The notes beneath the pieces were generated by a model. It was not told the DNA's origin, searched no databases, and saw only the letters and a program-made list of their open reading frames with translations. A stretch of 62,649 nucleotides of DNA, filler included, from Streblomastix strix (Eukaryota), in assembly GCA_008636045.1 (NCBI GenBank). It is 4 parts of 4 records of this genome, joined end to end, with 100 filler letters (N's around TTAATTAATTAA, not from the genome) between each part and the next. Parts side by side here need not be neighbours in the genome. Positions count along the whole stretch, not along the records: positions 31,397 to 46,975 come from SNRW01000961.1; positions 47,076 to 62,649 come from SNRW01000962.1; 2 more parts are not named here. The stretch is one strand, 5' to 3'. Each line of letters starts with the position of its first letter. The first letter of the stretch is position 1. Made by a program: the position numbers and the translations under genes. Positions 40,515-53,875 of this stretch are shown here, piece by piece.

Positions 40515-43500
40515 TTATAAGTTTATGCAAAAAATAATTTAAGATAATTATTGACGGTTTAAAAGCTGCACATTGAATATGGCTCATCAATTATATATTT
40601 ATCAGCGTTAATTCCATATAAGATAGATGAGCATGATTGATTTTTAAGAACTATTGTTTTTGTTCTAATTCCACTAAAGCCAAAACGATTTGATATTACT
40701 TCTGACATTAAACCTTATTTTTAAATTACAGATTTCCGTGTAACTTCAGTGTGATAATCATCTTAAATATTTTTAATAAAGAATTTCTTGAAATATTCAG
40801 ATTTTACTATTGATTAATCACTCTTAGCTTCATAATTTCGCAGTTGTCATACGTCTCTAAATAATAACACTTAGGGGCTAAAGCAAAGCATGTTTTTACT
40901 TGATGTTCAATGTTTCAACCAAGTAATTTCTTCTTTTCATGAATTTAATCAGATATTGAGAAAAATTAAAGATACAATTTATTCCATAATTTTTAGCTAA
41001 GAATTGGCCAATTTTTATCAGCGATTCTTAATCATAACCTGTCTGTATCACCGTAAATTACATGTATTTTATTCATATCAAGACATCGAACAAGAAAATT
41101 AAAGAAAGCATTAAGATAGAAATATTTGGAAATATCCATCACGAAATAAGCTACTTATAAAAGTGTTGAGCATTAACAATTCCGCTTTTCTAACTCCACC
41201 TCAGATAAATTATCAGAAAAATATCTTTCTGACTTAAATGTATTTAGCATATGATACATGCCAAGTTTTTATCTATTGCATATCCTAATATCTTGAAATT
41301 TCTCAGTATTTAGTGCATCATAACCAAATGAAGCATTCAGTTTTATTTTATACATTAATTCTAGATTTTTATTACCTGCAGCTTAAGCATCACATTTAAG
41401 CTTATGAGTTTCATAGACGAATTCGTGAAATGAAGTATTTTTAATGTATATTGTGATTCATTGTATTTCATCAATTATAATATGACATCTATCTATAAGA
41501 AACCATAAGTAATAGTTGTTTAAAGTCATGAATTCATTATGCGTCGACGATAGCATAAGTAATTTTGATTCTTCTTTATCGCATGCTACTTGATGTTCAG
41601 TCATATTTTTGTAAGTATATTCTCCGACAGTTTGCATATTCATTACTATCTTAAAATTTTGCCTAATTACAAGTAAATTTATAAATTCATTGATAAATTC
41701 TTCTGGAATATGAGCTTTAACAACTGCAATGAACAATTAAACCTTGTTTTCGATGATATCCTCATCGCAAGAGAATCTATTTTCATTATAAATTATTTAT
41801 CTAGCTCTGTATTCGTCTTTCACTAATGGAGTTATATCTCCTGGCTTACACATCTTATGATTTGTGTACTGAATCAGAATATGCGAACTTGAGCTCATTA
41901 CAGAAAGGATAAAAGGAATTGAAATCAAGGCATGTTAGATGTGAGATGATATAGGACAAATCTATGGAATGAACTGCTTTATCTGAAGAATTATACTTAA
42001 ATCTGTTAATTGGTATTAATCCAGATATATTTTCTCTGTGCAATACGTACGAATTTCCTCCAATCATACTGTTCCGTAAGATTTTATAAACATCTTGGTC
42101 AGAAATAGTCATTGCAAGATGATTAAGTTATGCGAATTTTCGTAATTACTTCATTAGTCGACATATATCTTTATCTTTGTTTGATGCATATTTATTGCAG
42201 TAAAGAGAACAAGGCTTAACAATAGTTTTTATGTGAGACTTTTCGTTATCTATTCTATATAAAGTTGGTTGATTTTTATAAGAAAATCTAGATTAACACA
42301 TATGGCAGCTAAACGATATGAATAAATCATGAAAATGTTTATAATCAGAATCAGATGCATTGTGATCCACGCCTAGTTTTTTTTAGTTTGTCTTGTGGTT
42401 TATAAGATTCCACTTTATATTTCCATTATTTTTCGGTTAAATTAAATGACAGATCATTAGTTTAAGGAGAATAAGCAACTCCGTTGCCTGCGCACCTTGT
42501 TGTATAATCAATGTCAATATCAAAATTCTTATAAACTTGAGAATTTTTATCAAGACAAGCAAGTTTAGCAAGTGACATATTCACTAATAAGTCAATTTTG
42601 TTTTTGACATATAGATTTATTAAGAAATCGATGGAATTTATCATCAATTTTGATTATTCGAGAATGTTATTTTCTTAAAACATAGCTTAACCAACTTCCT
42701 CTATGAATTTCTCAATCGAAATTTTGTAAACTAAATAATTCTTTGCATCAAGAAACTTAAGACGAATGGAGACTACGTTTTAATCTTATTTTTTCATGAT
42801 TTAAATATATTTTTCGGTTGGTTTTACTATAAAATATTTAGTAGATGATGTTTATCCAACAAAATCGACAATTTTATAGTTTTTCGATCGGATATTTCCG
42901 AAAATCAAGGTATTTGTTATTTTTAATGAATCAAATCCAATTAACGGTACCTCGAAACGTTAAGATACCTCATCATGGTTCGAAACATTAGCATCTTAAC
43001 TGCTTTGCGGGGACATATTATAGATTTTAACTTACTTTGTTTCTGCAAATAGTTAATCAAGCCATTAATCTACAAAACTGCGTTCCTCATTGTCAAGCTC
43101 TGCTTGAAAACTCGCTTAACTTCAATTGAAATAGCATGTTTTTATTCCAGACTTAGTTTAAAAGTTGATACAACAGAAATTGGTTTGATTACAGGGTATT
43201 TTATATAATCTTCTTATTGAAGCGCTGAGTTAATTAAAAAAAAGTAATATAATATTACGTTGTCTTATATTCTTATAATTGATTGTGAGAAAGAAGATAT
43301 TTATAAGTTTAATTCGATGTAATATGCAGTGCAAATGGTTTTGAAATCTTCTGTAATCTAACTTATTTATTTGGATTTCCAAGTTTCATCATGTATTCTT
43401 TAATGTGAGCGTCCATTTTGCATTAAATATGTCTATTTTCATCCATTGCATAGATTGCATGATTGTTGCATATTGGACAAACAAGCTTATCAATCAGTAT

Positions 43501-45025
43501 CTCAACGTTTACGATATATATGATATGTTAGTTACCCATATTATCGTTTAATAAGAGAATATTATAAGGTTTATGCTCATCAACTTATGAATCAGCAAAT
43601 GAAATTAGTCGTTAATATTTTGGGTTTTTTAAATATCATCTTCGAATCCTTCGCCGACGTATTCGTAGCAATTGATATTTATATTATATTTTTCGGCAAC
43701 TTTATTTGCATCATTCCAATTAAATCCAAGATATTCTTTGAGAAATTTACGTTAATTTTGTTCTGGAATTCCGTAAAAGGAGAATAACAAACGTTTTCCT
43801 TCCGCAATTCGTATATGTCTATCAATTTCAACGTCTTTCGAATAAAGCATAGTTACGCATGTTAAATTATACCAGAAACAGATGTTATAATCATCGTCAA
43901 TATCTATATATTTGATAATATTGCTTTTCTTATGAATTTTAATCAACTCTTCCATGTTTTTACGCGGAAAAAGTAGTCTGTGAGATGTAATTTACATCGA
44001 ATAGATTGCGGCAATCAATTCCTTTGTATAAATTAGTTCTCCGAATTCTTGCATAAATAAAATTGATAAACGTACATATTTTTTGAAAATATCGATTGAG
44101 TTTCTATCAAAAAGAATCACTGGAGCATGCAATTAACTGAAATTGTTATTAATAAGCTTAATTCTGGAAGTAACTAAGTAGCATCCGTCAATATATTGGA
44201 GTTTATGTATAAGTTTCTTGTTTTTCAGTTATTCCTTCATGTTTTCGAGCATTTCTTTACGTTCAATACCGACATCAAAATCAAAAGTACATTTAAATAA
44301 TCTTCCTTTTTCATGTGTGTACACATATTCAATGAATTTGTCAATATCTTCCTGTGAACGGTTATCACTATGAAAGAAATCAACTGTTATTGCAGTTGCC
44401 TCAGTTAAATTATGAAAATCGAATTTAATTCCACTGCGTCTGGTCCTAGATTCATAAATTGTTTACGTAAACAAATCCATATTTAGCAGATTAGATAATA
44501 GCATAAACTTGGGATCGGCAGAAGAAACTAACTATAAAACAAAATCACCGTATTTGTCGATAAAATCTTGAATTTCAACTTGGTTTTTTCTGAGAATTTA
44601 TTGACAATTTTCATCTAAACTTTGTTCTTAATGATATATCCAAGACAAGTAATTTTCACAATTCATCTAATTGCGCGTCTATCTCTTTTCTTATTTTTTT
44701 TTACAGATTTACGTTATTTACGCTTCTTGTTTCGCAGTTTGTGAGATTCTGATTAAAGTTTGCGATACTGTTTTCGAGGTTAATTTTCGATGTTTTCTTT
44801 AAGATTATTTCTTGGAGGTTTTATATGCAGCTTCGTCGGCGAACTTTTAACTTACAAATTTTGCTGATGATTAAGTTGCATTTGTGATATTAAATCACGT
44901 GTCTGTTAAAGTTGATGTTAATATGGGCGTGTTTTATTATTTTTTGCCTTATTTAATGGAAGTTATGATTGCGGAAGCTGTTTTTGACGTTGATTACGTC
45001 GTCTGCGGCGAGACTTGGTGGACAT
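40511..45025 (-). pseudogene. polB: Protein-primed family B DNA polymerase with a basic N-terminal extension and an HNH insert
   Basis: ATG 45025 (MSTKSRRRRRNQRQK); RNSMIGGNSYVLHR; motif A CLDFNSFYP; YLWFLIDRC; motif B KIKLNASFGYDALN; motif C IYGDTD; FALAPKCY. Its stop overlaps the integrase ATG. Confidence 0.92.
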
Positions 45026-45196
45026 TTGAGATTTGGTAAAATGTCAAAAAAATCAAATTCATAAAAAATAATTGAAATATTAAAAATGATTTTTTATTAA
45101 ATTTTATTATTTCTAATTTTTTAGTTTTTAATTTTTGTCATAATTAATTATTAATTCGTGATATTTGATTTTTTATTTTATCACTTTTAGTAAATT

Positions 45197-46854
45197 GGCA
45201 AATGTTTAAATAAGAAAAAGTCCCAAATCTCGGATATATCCGTTAAGATACATAAATTAGGGAAAATCAAATGATGAAACATAAATTAACCGTTAGGTGC
45301 TGAATTTTTTGATTTTGAAACAGATAATCCTTTATTATTAGAATAATTGTGATATAAATCGCATGGAAAATATAGTTAAGTAAATCTTTACATGGATTTT
45401 CGTAAATATAGTGAAAAACATGAATTTTCACCAAAAACGCTTGATTTATCATATAGATAGCGCACTAAATATGAAATATCAAAAAAATTAATAGATAGAA
45501 TTTAGTTTGCGACAATTTATCTGTATAACTATAATAAGATAGCATATCAGATCAATTATGAATCCGAAAAAGCATATGCCAAGAAAAATATGAATAAAAC
45601 ATGCTCAGGTTATACTCTTGAGATTGCATTATGCAAACACTTCGCAGTAATTGATATAGACATTGATCATGAAGAGAAATTAGATGTTTCGCAGCATGAA
45701 AAGATAAGAAATAGCATAATATAACTGTTTTAACCTGCGAAACAATAAGATTTTCAAGATGCGTTTACAACTCCAACTGATGCACAAATCTTGATGGAAA
45801 AATGCAATTAACGTCGCAACATTGGACTTGTTAAATCAGCAAGAGGCGGACTTCATACTTATTGCAACATGGGCCTTCTCAAATTACATCAAAATTCTAT
45901 GGATAATGCAATTATAACAAAGGATTTTTCAGTTGATGTATTTGCATGTTTTGATGAAATGAATTTTAGAAACAGAAATGATTTAATTGAAGTTGACGAT
46001 ACATACAAAACAAGAAAAATTGTGCAACCTGGAACTTAAATATATAAATACCGAGATTCAAAGAGAAAACAACTAAGTCCAGAGATAAAATAGAAGTTAT
46101 AAACAAACGAATTGAGAAATCCAATTCTTACATATCAGGACTTAAACAACGCTTTTGAAAATACGGATCTTACAGAAATATAAAATGTATTTCTAATATT
46201 AGGATTTGATATAAAGATTATTCAGCTCGATGTAGCAAAATTAGAAAAGATCGAAGAACGCAAAAGTTGTAGTCAAACATCAGCTGCAGGCGGAATCTAT
46301 GGCTTAGAAAAATGCGAAATGACCAAAGAATAAACAGAAATATTAGTTCATGGATTAGATGATATCATAATTCATACAAATCATCCTCATGCAGAAGGAG
46401 AATTAAGCTTATTTATGAAGTGCACTTATATAAATGGATTGTGATCCATCGACGAAGTTGATGAAGATTTCATAAATGAATGCTATGATTATATTGAAGA
46501 AAATAACAATTACTCTTCATAAGCGTAAACATGGTTTCAAGCATATCGTTAACGTAATTCTGAAAAATAATAATCGCCATATTGTTGGCAGGGATTTATC
46601 AAAAAGTTCAAGCCAGACTATCACACATAACAATTTGTTACATTATTGGCATCAAAAATGAAATAAAGCTGCAGATCAGAATCCGCTGTTATCGATTTCA
46701 AGAAGATATAAGTGCATAACATCGAAATAAAAGAATAATTCTGATTTGATGACATTATACATAAAATTAGAGTAAAACCTTATGATTGTGTTGAAGAAAT
46801 AATATCTGACTTGACAAAAATACTGAGAATTAAGAAATATGGGAGTGAGGTGAT
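45197..46854 (+). pseudogene. AEP/Prim-Pol primase domain of the primase-helicase, 3'-truncated
   Basis: FAVIDIDID (motif I), LVKSARGGLHTYCN (motif II), FSVDVFA (motif III), KIVQPGT. The homologue at 25600-28700 continues into an SF3 helicase. Confidence 0.85.
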
Positions 46855-46975
46855 AAATTTACGTTAATTTTGTTCTGGAATTCCGTAAAAGGAGAATAAC
46901 AAACGTTTTCCTTCCGCAATTCGTATATGTCTATCAATTTCAACGTCTTTCGAATAAAGCATAGTTACGCATGTT
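46855..46975 (+). repeat. Exact 121-bp direct copy of 43743-43863 at the contig end
   Basis: AAATTTACGTTAATTTTGTTCTGG...GTTACGCATGTT is identical at both positions. Confidence 0.95.
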
Positions 46976-47075
46976 NNNNNNNNNNNNNNNNNNNNNNNNN
47001 NNNNNNNNNNNNNNNNNNNTTAATTAATTAANNNNNNNNNNNNNNNNNNNNNNNNNNNNNNNNNNNNNNNNNNNN
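46976..47075. other. Artificial contig linker
   Basis: N44-TTAATTAATTAA-N44. Confidence 0.99.
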
Positions 47076-47414
47076 GTCCTGACGCACATTCGTTTATATG
47101 CTGAATAGCCCTTGCTCCTTCACGATTGCTTTGGGGATCCCGCGAAATCTAACTTATATTTCGCCCGTTTATTCGTTAACATATACTTCACAGCCTTTGT
47201 CTTCCATGAAGTCGTCATCTATTCGTGTGTAACTATCTGTAGCGTGACACGAACTTTGGGATTGACTTCCCTAGCTTGGCAAAGTCAACGTTTCTGGAAA
47301 TTGTGATTAGTTCCCGCGTAGCTCCTTGTTAACCACACTATCTCGATCTCGTGGCTCCTTGTCTGGACCGTCTCTAGATATTAACGTGGGTGTAGGAGTG
47401 TCACACTAGCTCAT
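47076..47414 (-). CDS. 3'-truncated hypothetical ORF, markedly more GC-rich than its surroundings
   Basis: ATG 47414, open for 113 codons to the contig end (MSQCDTPTPTLISRDGPDKEPRDRD...QVRFRGIPKAIVKEQG). Confidence 0.5.
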
Positions 47415-47569
47415 TCGTGATTTTTTTGTATATTTTGTTTTGACTGGACCCATTGTATCATTTGATAGTCTCATAATAAAGGTAGTACGAGCTGATTAAG
47501 TGGATGCTTAGATAACTACGTAGTGGAACGTAGTGGTTATTGAAGTTATTGGTGAAGGTATTTTCATGA

Positions 47570-50500
47570 AAAATTGCATCTAAGTGTGAATGGAAGAACT
47601 GTATATAAATGCACGATATAAATCAAGCTTTCTATTATGATCATTAATTTATAGTAAATCAAATTTTGAATGGTTTTCAGAGAATTAAAGTTATTCATTT
47701 TATGATCTAATCGATCTAATTTCGCTTATTGCATAATGATATGGGATTATTGTAGATTATTTCTCCTGATTGTTATCATCTTGAGTAAAATATGGCACAG
47801 AATAAGAACAAATATCATACTATGAACTAATTTATGGTTTATTATTAATTATTTTATCTTTTTTATTATCTTCAATTTGTTCGATGTTTAATTACAATTC
47901 TTTACTTTTTGCTCCTTTCTTCCATATATCTGAGTCTTGAATAATGAACAACATCAGAGCTTTTCCATTCAAAACAAACAAAGAAGAAGTCTTTGAATAT
48001 ATTCCTTATACGCCTCCCAATATTCTTATTCTTTTAAGCATTACAAATTAAAGGGGAATTAAATCAATTTCTTTGTTTGAAAATGGGAAAATGTTCTAAT
48101 TTTAATGTTATTATTGAATAATTTCATTTGTAGCATCTTTATTTTAAGAATTATTTAAAAGTTAATATATCTTTGTAACGTTTTAGTCTGCTTTTTCTCT
48201 AACTACTTCAAATAAGAAAATATCACTGAATATCGGAGGACAAGCCATTACTCCATTTTCATTAACATTTCCTTAGTTTTCTTCATAATCTTTCTATATT
48301 TTATTTTATTCTTCATCGACCTCTCTTCCTACAACACATATTATCGTTCGTGCGTATCTTTCATCCATTTCTTCAGCTCTCATATTGCTTCCAATCATGT
48401 TGAATTCTGGAGTCTCTATCAATTTTTCAGATGTTTTCAGCCATCGGTTCAAAACATTCATTAAAATTTTCTTGTATTTAAAAAGAGCTCTGCGTTTTGG
48501 GATGTTCGTGCAGGACATTGAATGGAAGATAAAGTTCTTTGTTGTTGGCATTTTTAAATCTTATTTCTTTGTATTTTAAATGTTTTTATCATTTTCGGAA
48601 TTAAGTTATTGAGATAAATTTTGTTATTCATTATTGATATTAGAGCTAAAAGATTGTGAAACCATATTCAATACATTTCCTTCCAACAAAGTCAAATCAT
48701 TAAGATTCAGTTTTCCAATACATTATATCATATCGGCTTCATCATAAAGAAGAATTACATATTTTTATTATGAATATTAATTTCTTTTTTTTTCCTTTTT
48801 AATATTTCTAGTAGTTATTTGGAATATATTTCTCTTATTTATTTTGATGAATGTGCAAATGGTTTTTGTGATGATTTTAGTGAAGTGTAAGGTTATATGA
48901 ATGAAAACCAATTTAAAGTTATTTTTATTATTATTCATCCTTGCATTATTCCATTTCTTATGTTGAATTAGTTGTTGATGATAATGAAATATTTGATGAA
49001 CTATTTTAAGAGTTTTGAGAAAATAAAGACAACGAAGATGATTCATTGCTTAAAATTGACTAACTGCTGAGATTAGAAGAAATAGAATGCAATGATGTTT
49101 TACTTCCTTCCTATTATAATTACAACGTAATATGTTTATTCTTCGGTTTTTCATCTATTTTTTTATATTTATTCACTTAATATTATTCAATTGATGCTTA
49201 TGAGTAATTATTAGAGAATGAATGTGTAAAGTTTGTATTTGGAATATAAGATAAGTAATGTTTGTTATTTGACCTTAAATATAATTTATTTATTGCATTA
49301 AAATTGGTATTGAAAATTGAATGCTTTTCAGCATAATGATCATAAGCTATATCTGAGAAAAGAAATCCATTTGCATCAAATAATCCAACTCCTGTTTATT
49401 CAATTGATGTTTGAATTGACAATATTTTACTATTATTAGTTGAATTCAAAGTTTATAATTAATATTTTGGATTTATTTCACTTTATTAAGTTGTTTGCTA
49501 ATTTCGATTATTGCAATATTATTATAGAAGTTTTCGTAAAGGATAATGATTATAGAAATTAGAATGAGAAGAATAGTTTTTGTTTGAATGATTTAATTTA
49601 TTTGAAAACACCCATTACAATTTCTTTTTTATTTCTTTCTTATTTATTAGTTAATCTTATAATTTTATATCAGAATTTTATTCAATCTTATTCAGATTTT
49701 AATAAATCTAATTTAAATCATGCTCATCTTCGATTTATTTTTATTAAGTTTATTCATATTTAATTTCTTCTTTGCACAATACTGCAAATGCGTGTAATGA
49801 AGATAAATGTGTGATCTAAATTGGCACAGAAGGAATTTGTTTCGTCAATTTGTTCATCCTCTATTATTTAGTAATTACTCCGAAAGATACCGAAGAATTA
49901 TTTTCATTGCCAATCCAAGCGATTTGCGGAATTGGAATTTTAGCTTCTTATGATGAAGTTGAAGCGGATAAGTTATCAAAATCAGAGGATTAAGAAATTT
50001 CAGATGATGATAATGAAACAGGATCTTGATATGAATAACTTTCATCCTGTTTGATTAACAGCTGTTTATTTTCTATATTCATTTTCATTTATATTTATTC
50101 CAGACTTTTAATCTTTTATTATTTTTTATCTTAATTTTTCTTAACTTTTTCATTAAGCATAGATCCAATTGGTGCAAGGCATCTTATTCCACCTTCACTG
50201 AATATAGAACTCCATATTGTTTTACCATAACACGATTCAAATCTTATGATATAACTTCTTTCTCCTTTCACAAATATATATTTTCCATTTTCAGTTAATT
50301 AAACTGGAGATCTTCCTAAGTCCATAAATTACGATTCAGGAGGAAAAGTAAACATTTCATGAATCGAGTTTTATAATTTTTACTCTTTTGTTTACATTCC
50401 TATCTTTAATACATCAAAAGCAGAAGTATATTTCATTGGTGGAATATCAATCATTAATGCAGCTAAAGGAATAACTACAAATTCAACCAATCCAAATTGA

Positions 50501-51340
50501 CCGCCAATAACTAATAGTGCTCCTTCGTGTGTTTAATATTGCCGTTCTTTCTCTTTAATATCTAATTTCTTTTCAGATTACTATTATTAATTCAAATCTT
50601 TTCTACTATTTTCTGATTTATTTAATTTACTTTTCAAATTTTCTTAGTTTTGTTCATTGTTATTAATAATATTCTTTTTCATATCGAGCCCAAATAAAGC
50701 TTCGTTGGGCAAAACATCTTCTTCAGGGCCTTCCCTTTAAATATTTCTTTCCAATGTTGTAAACAAACAAGATGAGGCGGTATTATTCAGCTTCATATCC
50801 ATGACTGGTGAGGTAGAAAATTATTGGCTATTGAAATTCAGGAGAAATTTATTTATGCCTTATTTTGCTTCAATAAATTGTTCGTTCACTGGAACTTGTG
50901 GGTTTGGTGATGGAGATTAAAGGACGTTGAACGCATTCCTTCTTAAATATTTGAATTATGGAGAATTTGCAAGATCTAAATTATTAGCAAAAGAGTATAA
51001 TATTAAATAAAGAAGAATAAAATAAAAATTTTTAAAAAAATCAAAATAAAATATATTTATGTATAATAAAATCATACCCCAAATTTTCTAATTCTCTTTC
51101 TAGAACTCAATATCAGTCTTCACATCGTTCAATCTGAAAATTCTTGCCATATCAGGGTCAGATGTGCAAACAACTATGAATTAATTACCGCATATTGTTA
51201 CCGCAGCAAGAGCAGTAACATTAGAAGAAAATTTGAGCGTACAAACAAAAGTATAATTAATTTACTTGTTTATTTAATAATTTCCTACTGAAAACCGTTT
51301 TATTAATTATTCTGCTAGTATAGCATAAATTTAGACAACA
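47570..51340 (-). CDS. Large intron-containing host gene, possibly a DDB1/CPSF160/SF3b130-type beta-propeller protein (boundaries uncertain)
   Basis: Long TAR=Gln frames and a GT-AG intron at ~50976-51077. NVTALAAV..FIVVCTSDPDMARIFRL, ALLVIGGQFGLVEF and MDLGRSPVQL..KYIFVKGERSYII..GKTIWSSI resemble the DDB1-family propeller. Confidence 0.45.
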
Positions 51341-51613
51341 TGCTTAATAATTTTAGTAATTATTTATATATATAATTGTTGGAGATAAATTGTTATATTC
51401 AAACCAATGTTCTATGTTAATTTTTATAAATATATATTTTTCAACTATTTTCTTACAATATTTGAACAAATTTGATAAAATTTATTTTATATATTATTAA
51501 TATTATATTCTTTATCAATTTTTATTAAATTTTATAATATATACTTTACTTTAACGATTTTTTTTTATTTAGAATTAATAATTTTATTATTTTATTAAAG
51601 ATTAAACGTGTTC

Positions 51614-53875
51614 ATGTAAGGAAAAGGTCAATATTTGGAAGTTTTTTCAGATTTTACTGGAAATAATAATTAAAGTTTCCTTCAAGTTTCTAAAGGTGAT
51701 ATTGTTCGAGTGATAAAGAAAGAATTAGAATGGTATACTATTGAAAAAGATGGTAAAATAGGAAAAGCTCCTTAAAGTATACTCCGAGCAATATATGTAC
51801 AGCCTTCTATTATAAATCTGAATTTAACAGAAAATTCATTAAGTTTGAATTAAAATATAGCTAATCCTATAAAAACACCCAAGTCAGATAGATATATGCA
51901 TAATTTGAAAGAAAAACATACTCCATAATCCGTTTCATTCAGTAATTCAAATTCATAAATTCAGCGTATTGAACATACAACCCCCAAAAGATAATTTCAA
52001 TCTCCTCATTAATCTTAATCATAAATTAAATCTTAATATTAAATTAACACTGTTTTTCAATCTCCGTAAAATAAAAATATTATCAATTCACAATCAACTA
52101 AATCTAATTTAAGAAACAATTAATTAATCAATATTCAATAATGTCAAATTTCTTAGTCTCCTAGGCATAGATGATTATAACTAAACAATGAAGGTAATTA
52201 ACTTAATTAATTAGTAAATTATTAATAATCTATAATTAATATTTTTTACTATTAATTTTATTAATTGTTTAATATATATTTAATATTTATTATTATTATT
52301 ATAGATTAAGTCCTTTAAAACCGTCTATAAGAACACTAAAATGAACAAATAAAAGAAATAATAACTATTATTGAATAAAATAATTTAAATAATGATTAGA
52401 AAAAGGTTAAGATTAGAGAAATTTTCATTGAATTAAAACAGAAAGATTTAATTGAATTGATGAAGATATTTGATTTGGATGCATTAAATTACTTTCAAGC
52501 ACAAATTTTTAATTGTGAAAGTGAGTCTAAATTAATATTATTATTCATATTAGAACAATTAACTGAAATAGGATATTATTAATTTATGTAAAATCCTTTT
52601 TTTAATGATTTTTAATAATCTGGACTCCTTAATATAATTCAAGCACAATTAAACAGAAAATCCGATTTATTGATTAAATAAAGTTAAATTTCTCCACCTT
52701 CAGAAGAAATTTTAATATTAATGAGAATTTATTTGAATATAATGAACTGCCAAACAAATGCATTACTGAAGATATTAGATATATGTATAAAAATTATCGA
52801 AATGAACAATATTTATATAATGGATAATTTCTTAATATAATAATAGCAAATGTATAAATAAGCAATAATGAATAAAAACAAAATTAATACAGAATTATAA
52901 TAAATATCCAAAACTATTCGTACAATTGGATAATTCACATCAATATTACCTAATTATCTATTTGGAAAAGTGCCAGACTCGATTTTCAATCTTTTCCGAT
53001 TTAAAATCCTTCGCACACTACATATTAATTGCCCAGCTACAATTTAGTGTCAATTTCGCATTTCAATTCAAACAACATCAGAAATTCATGATTTCCAATC
53101 TGCAATATTTGAAGCTTATGCAAATATTATATAAGGAGATTCTGATTTTATAGATTTTTTAGTTCATGATCAGAATATTCTGCCTCATCTGATTATTCAT
53201 ATAGTATCATTTGCTGATTAAAATTAAATAGTAAAAATATAACACTAGAAATAATAATAATAATAATAATAATAACAATTCATTTCATTATCATTAATTT
53301 CATCAATCATTCATCTCCTATCAAATCTTCTTGATATTAATTAGAGCAATTGCAATTAGGCATCGAATACACCACATCTTCTTTAATCACTTATCAAACT
53401 AATCATATCCAAATATAATGATTGCCATAATTATGAAGATTAATAAGCAACAAAAACAATCAAGAGTTATAGTCTAGAATGTCTGAGCCGTTTTCATAAG
53501 TTCGGTGATGTCAACACATAAATAATACTCTCAGATTCAGGATATGTTAATGCACTAGTTATTTTTATTGGGCAATGTGGAGCCTCATTGGAATAAAGTA
53601 ATACGGAGATCACAAATGCGTTATTAAACGCCAGTAACTTCTTCAATTCGTTGCATCAAGGGAGAAATTCGTCATATTTCCCGCCATTACCTTTTCTTGC
53701 TAAATAATCAGACGAATAATTGGAAGAAGAAGGTGGAAATGAAGAAATTGGAGCTTAGATGGCCAATTAGAAGTTTGATATCAAATCTGTTGTTAATGAA
53801 ACATGGAAAGCTATATTGAACTTCTTCGCATATTAACCTAATTGGCAAAATTAGGATGATGAAAATAATTTATGA
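51614..53875 (+). CDS. SH3 domain plus Q-rich linker plus helical (ARM-like) repeat-family protein; in-frame TGA at 52172 (possible pseudogene)
   Basis: SH3: LEVFSDFTG..FLQVSKGDIVRVIKKELEWYTIEKDGKIGKAP. Intron 52194-52304 keeps the frame. C-terminus EQLEEEGGNEEIGAQM; TGA 53875. Confidence 0.7.

Larger units (their letters stand above)
31397..46854. mobile_element. Endogenous Polinton/Maverick-like dsDNA virus; both ends lie outside the contig
   Basis: Intronless, gene-dense block containing pPolB, rve integrase, an A32-like ATPase, a primase and fibre-like genes. Confidence 0.9.
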
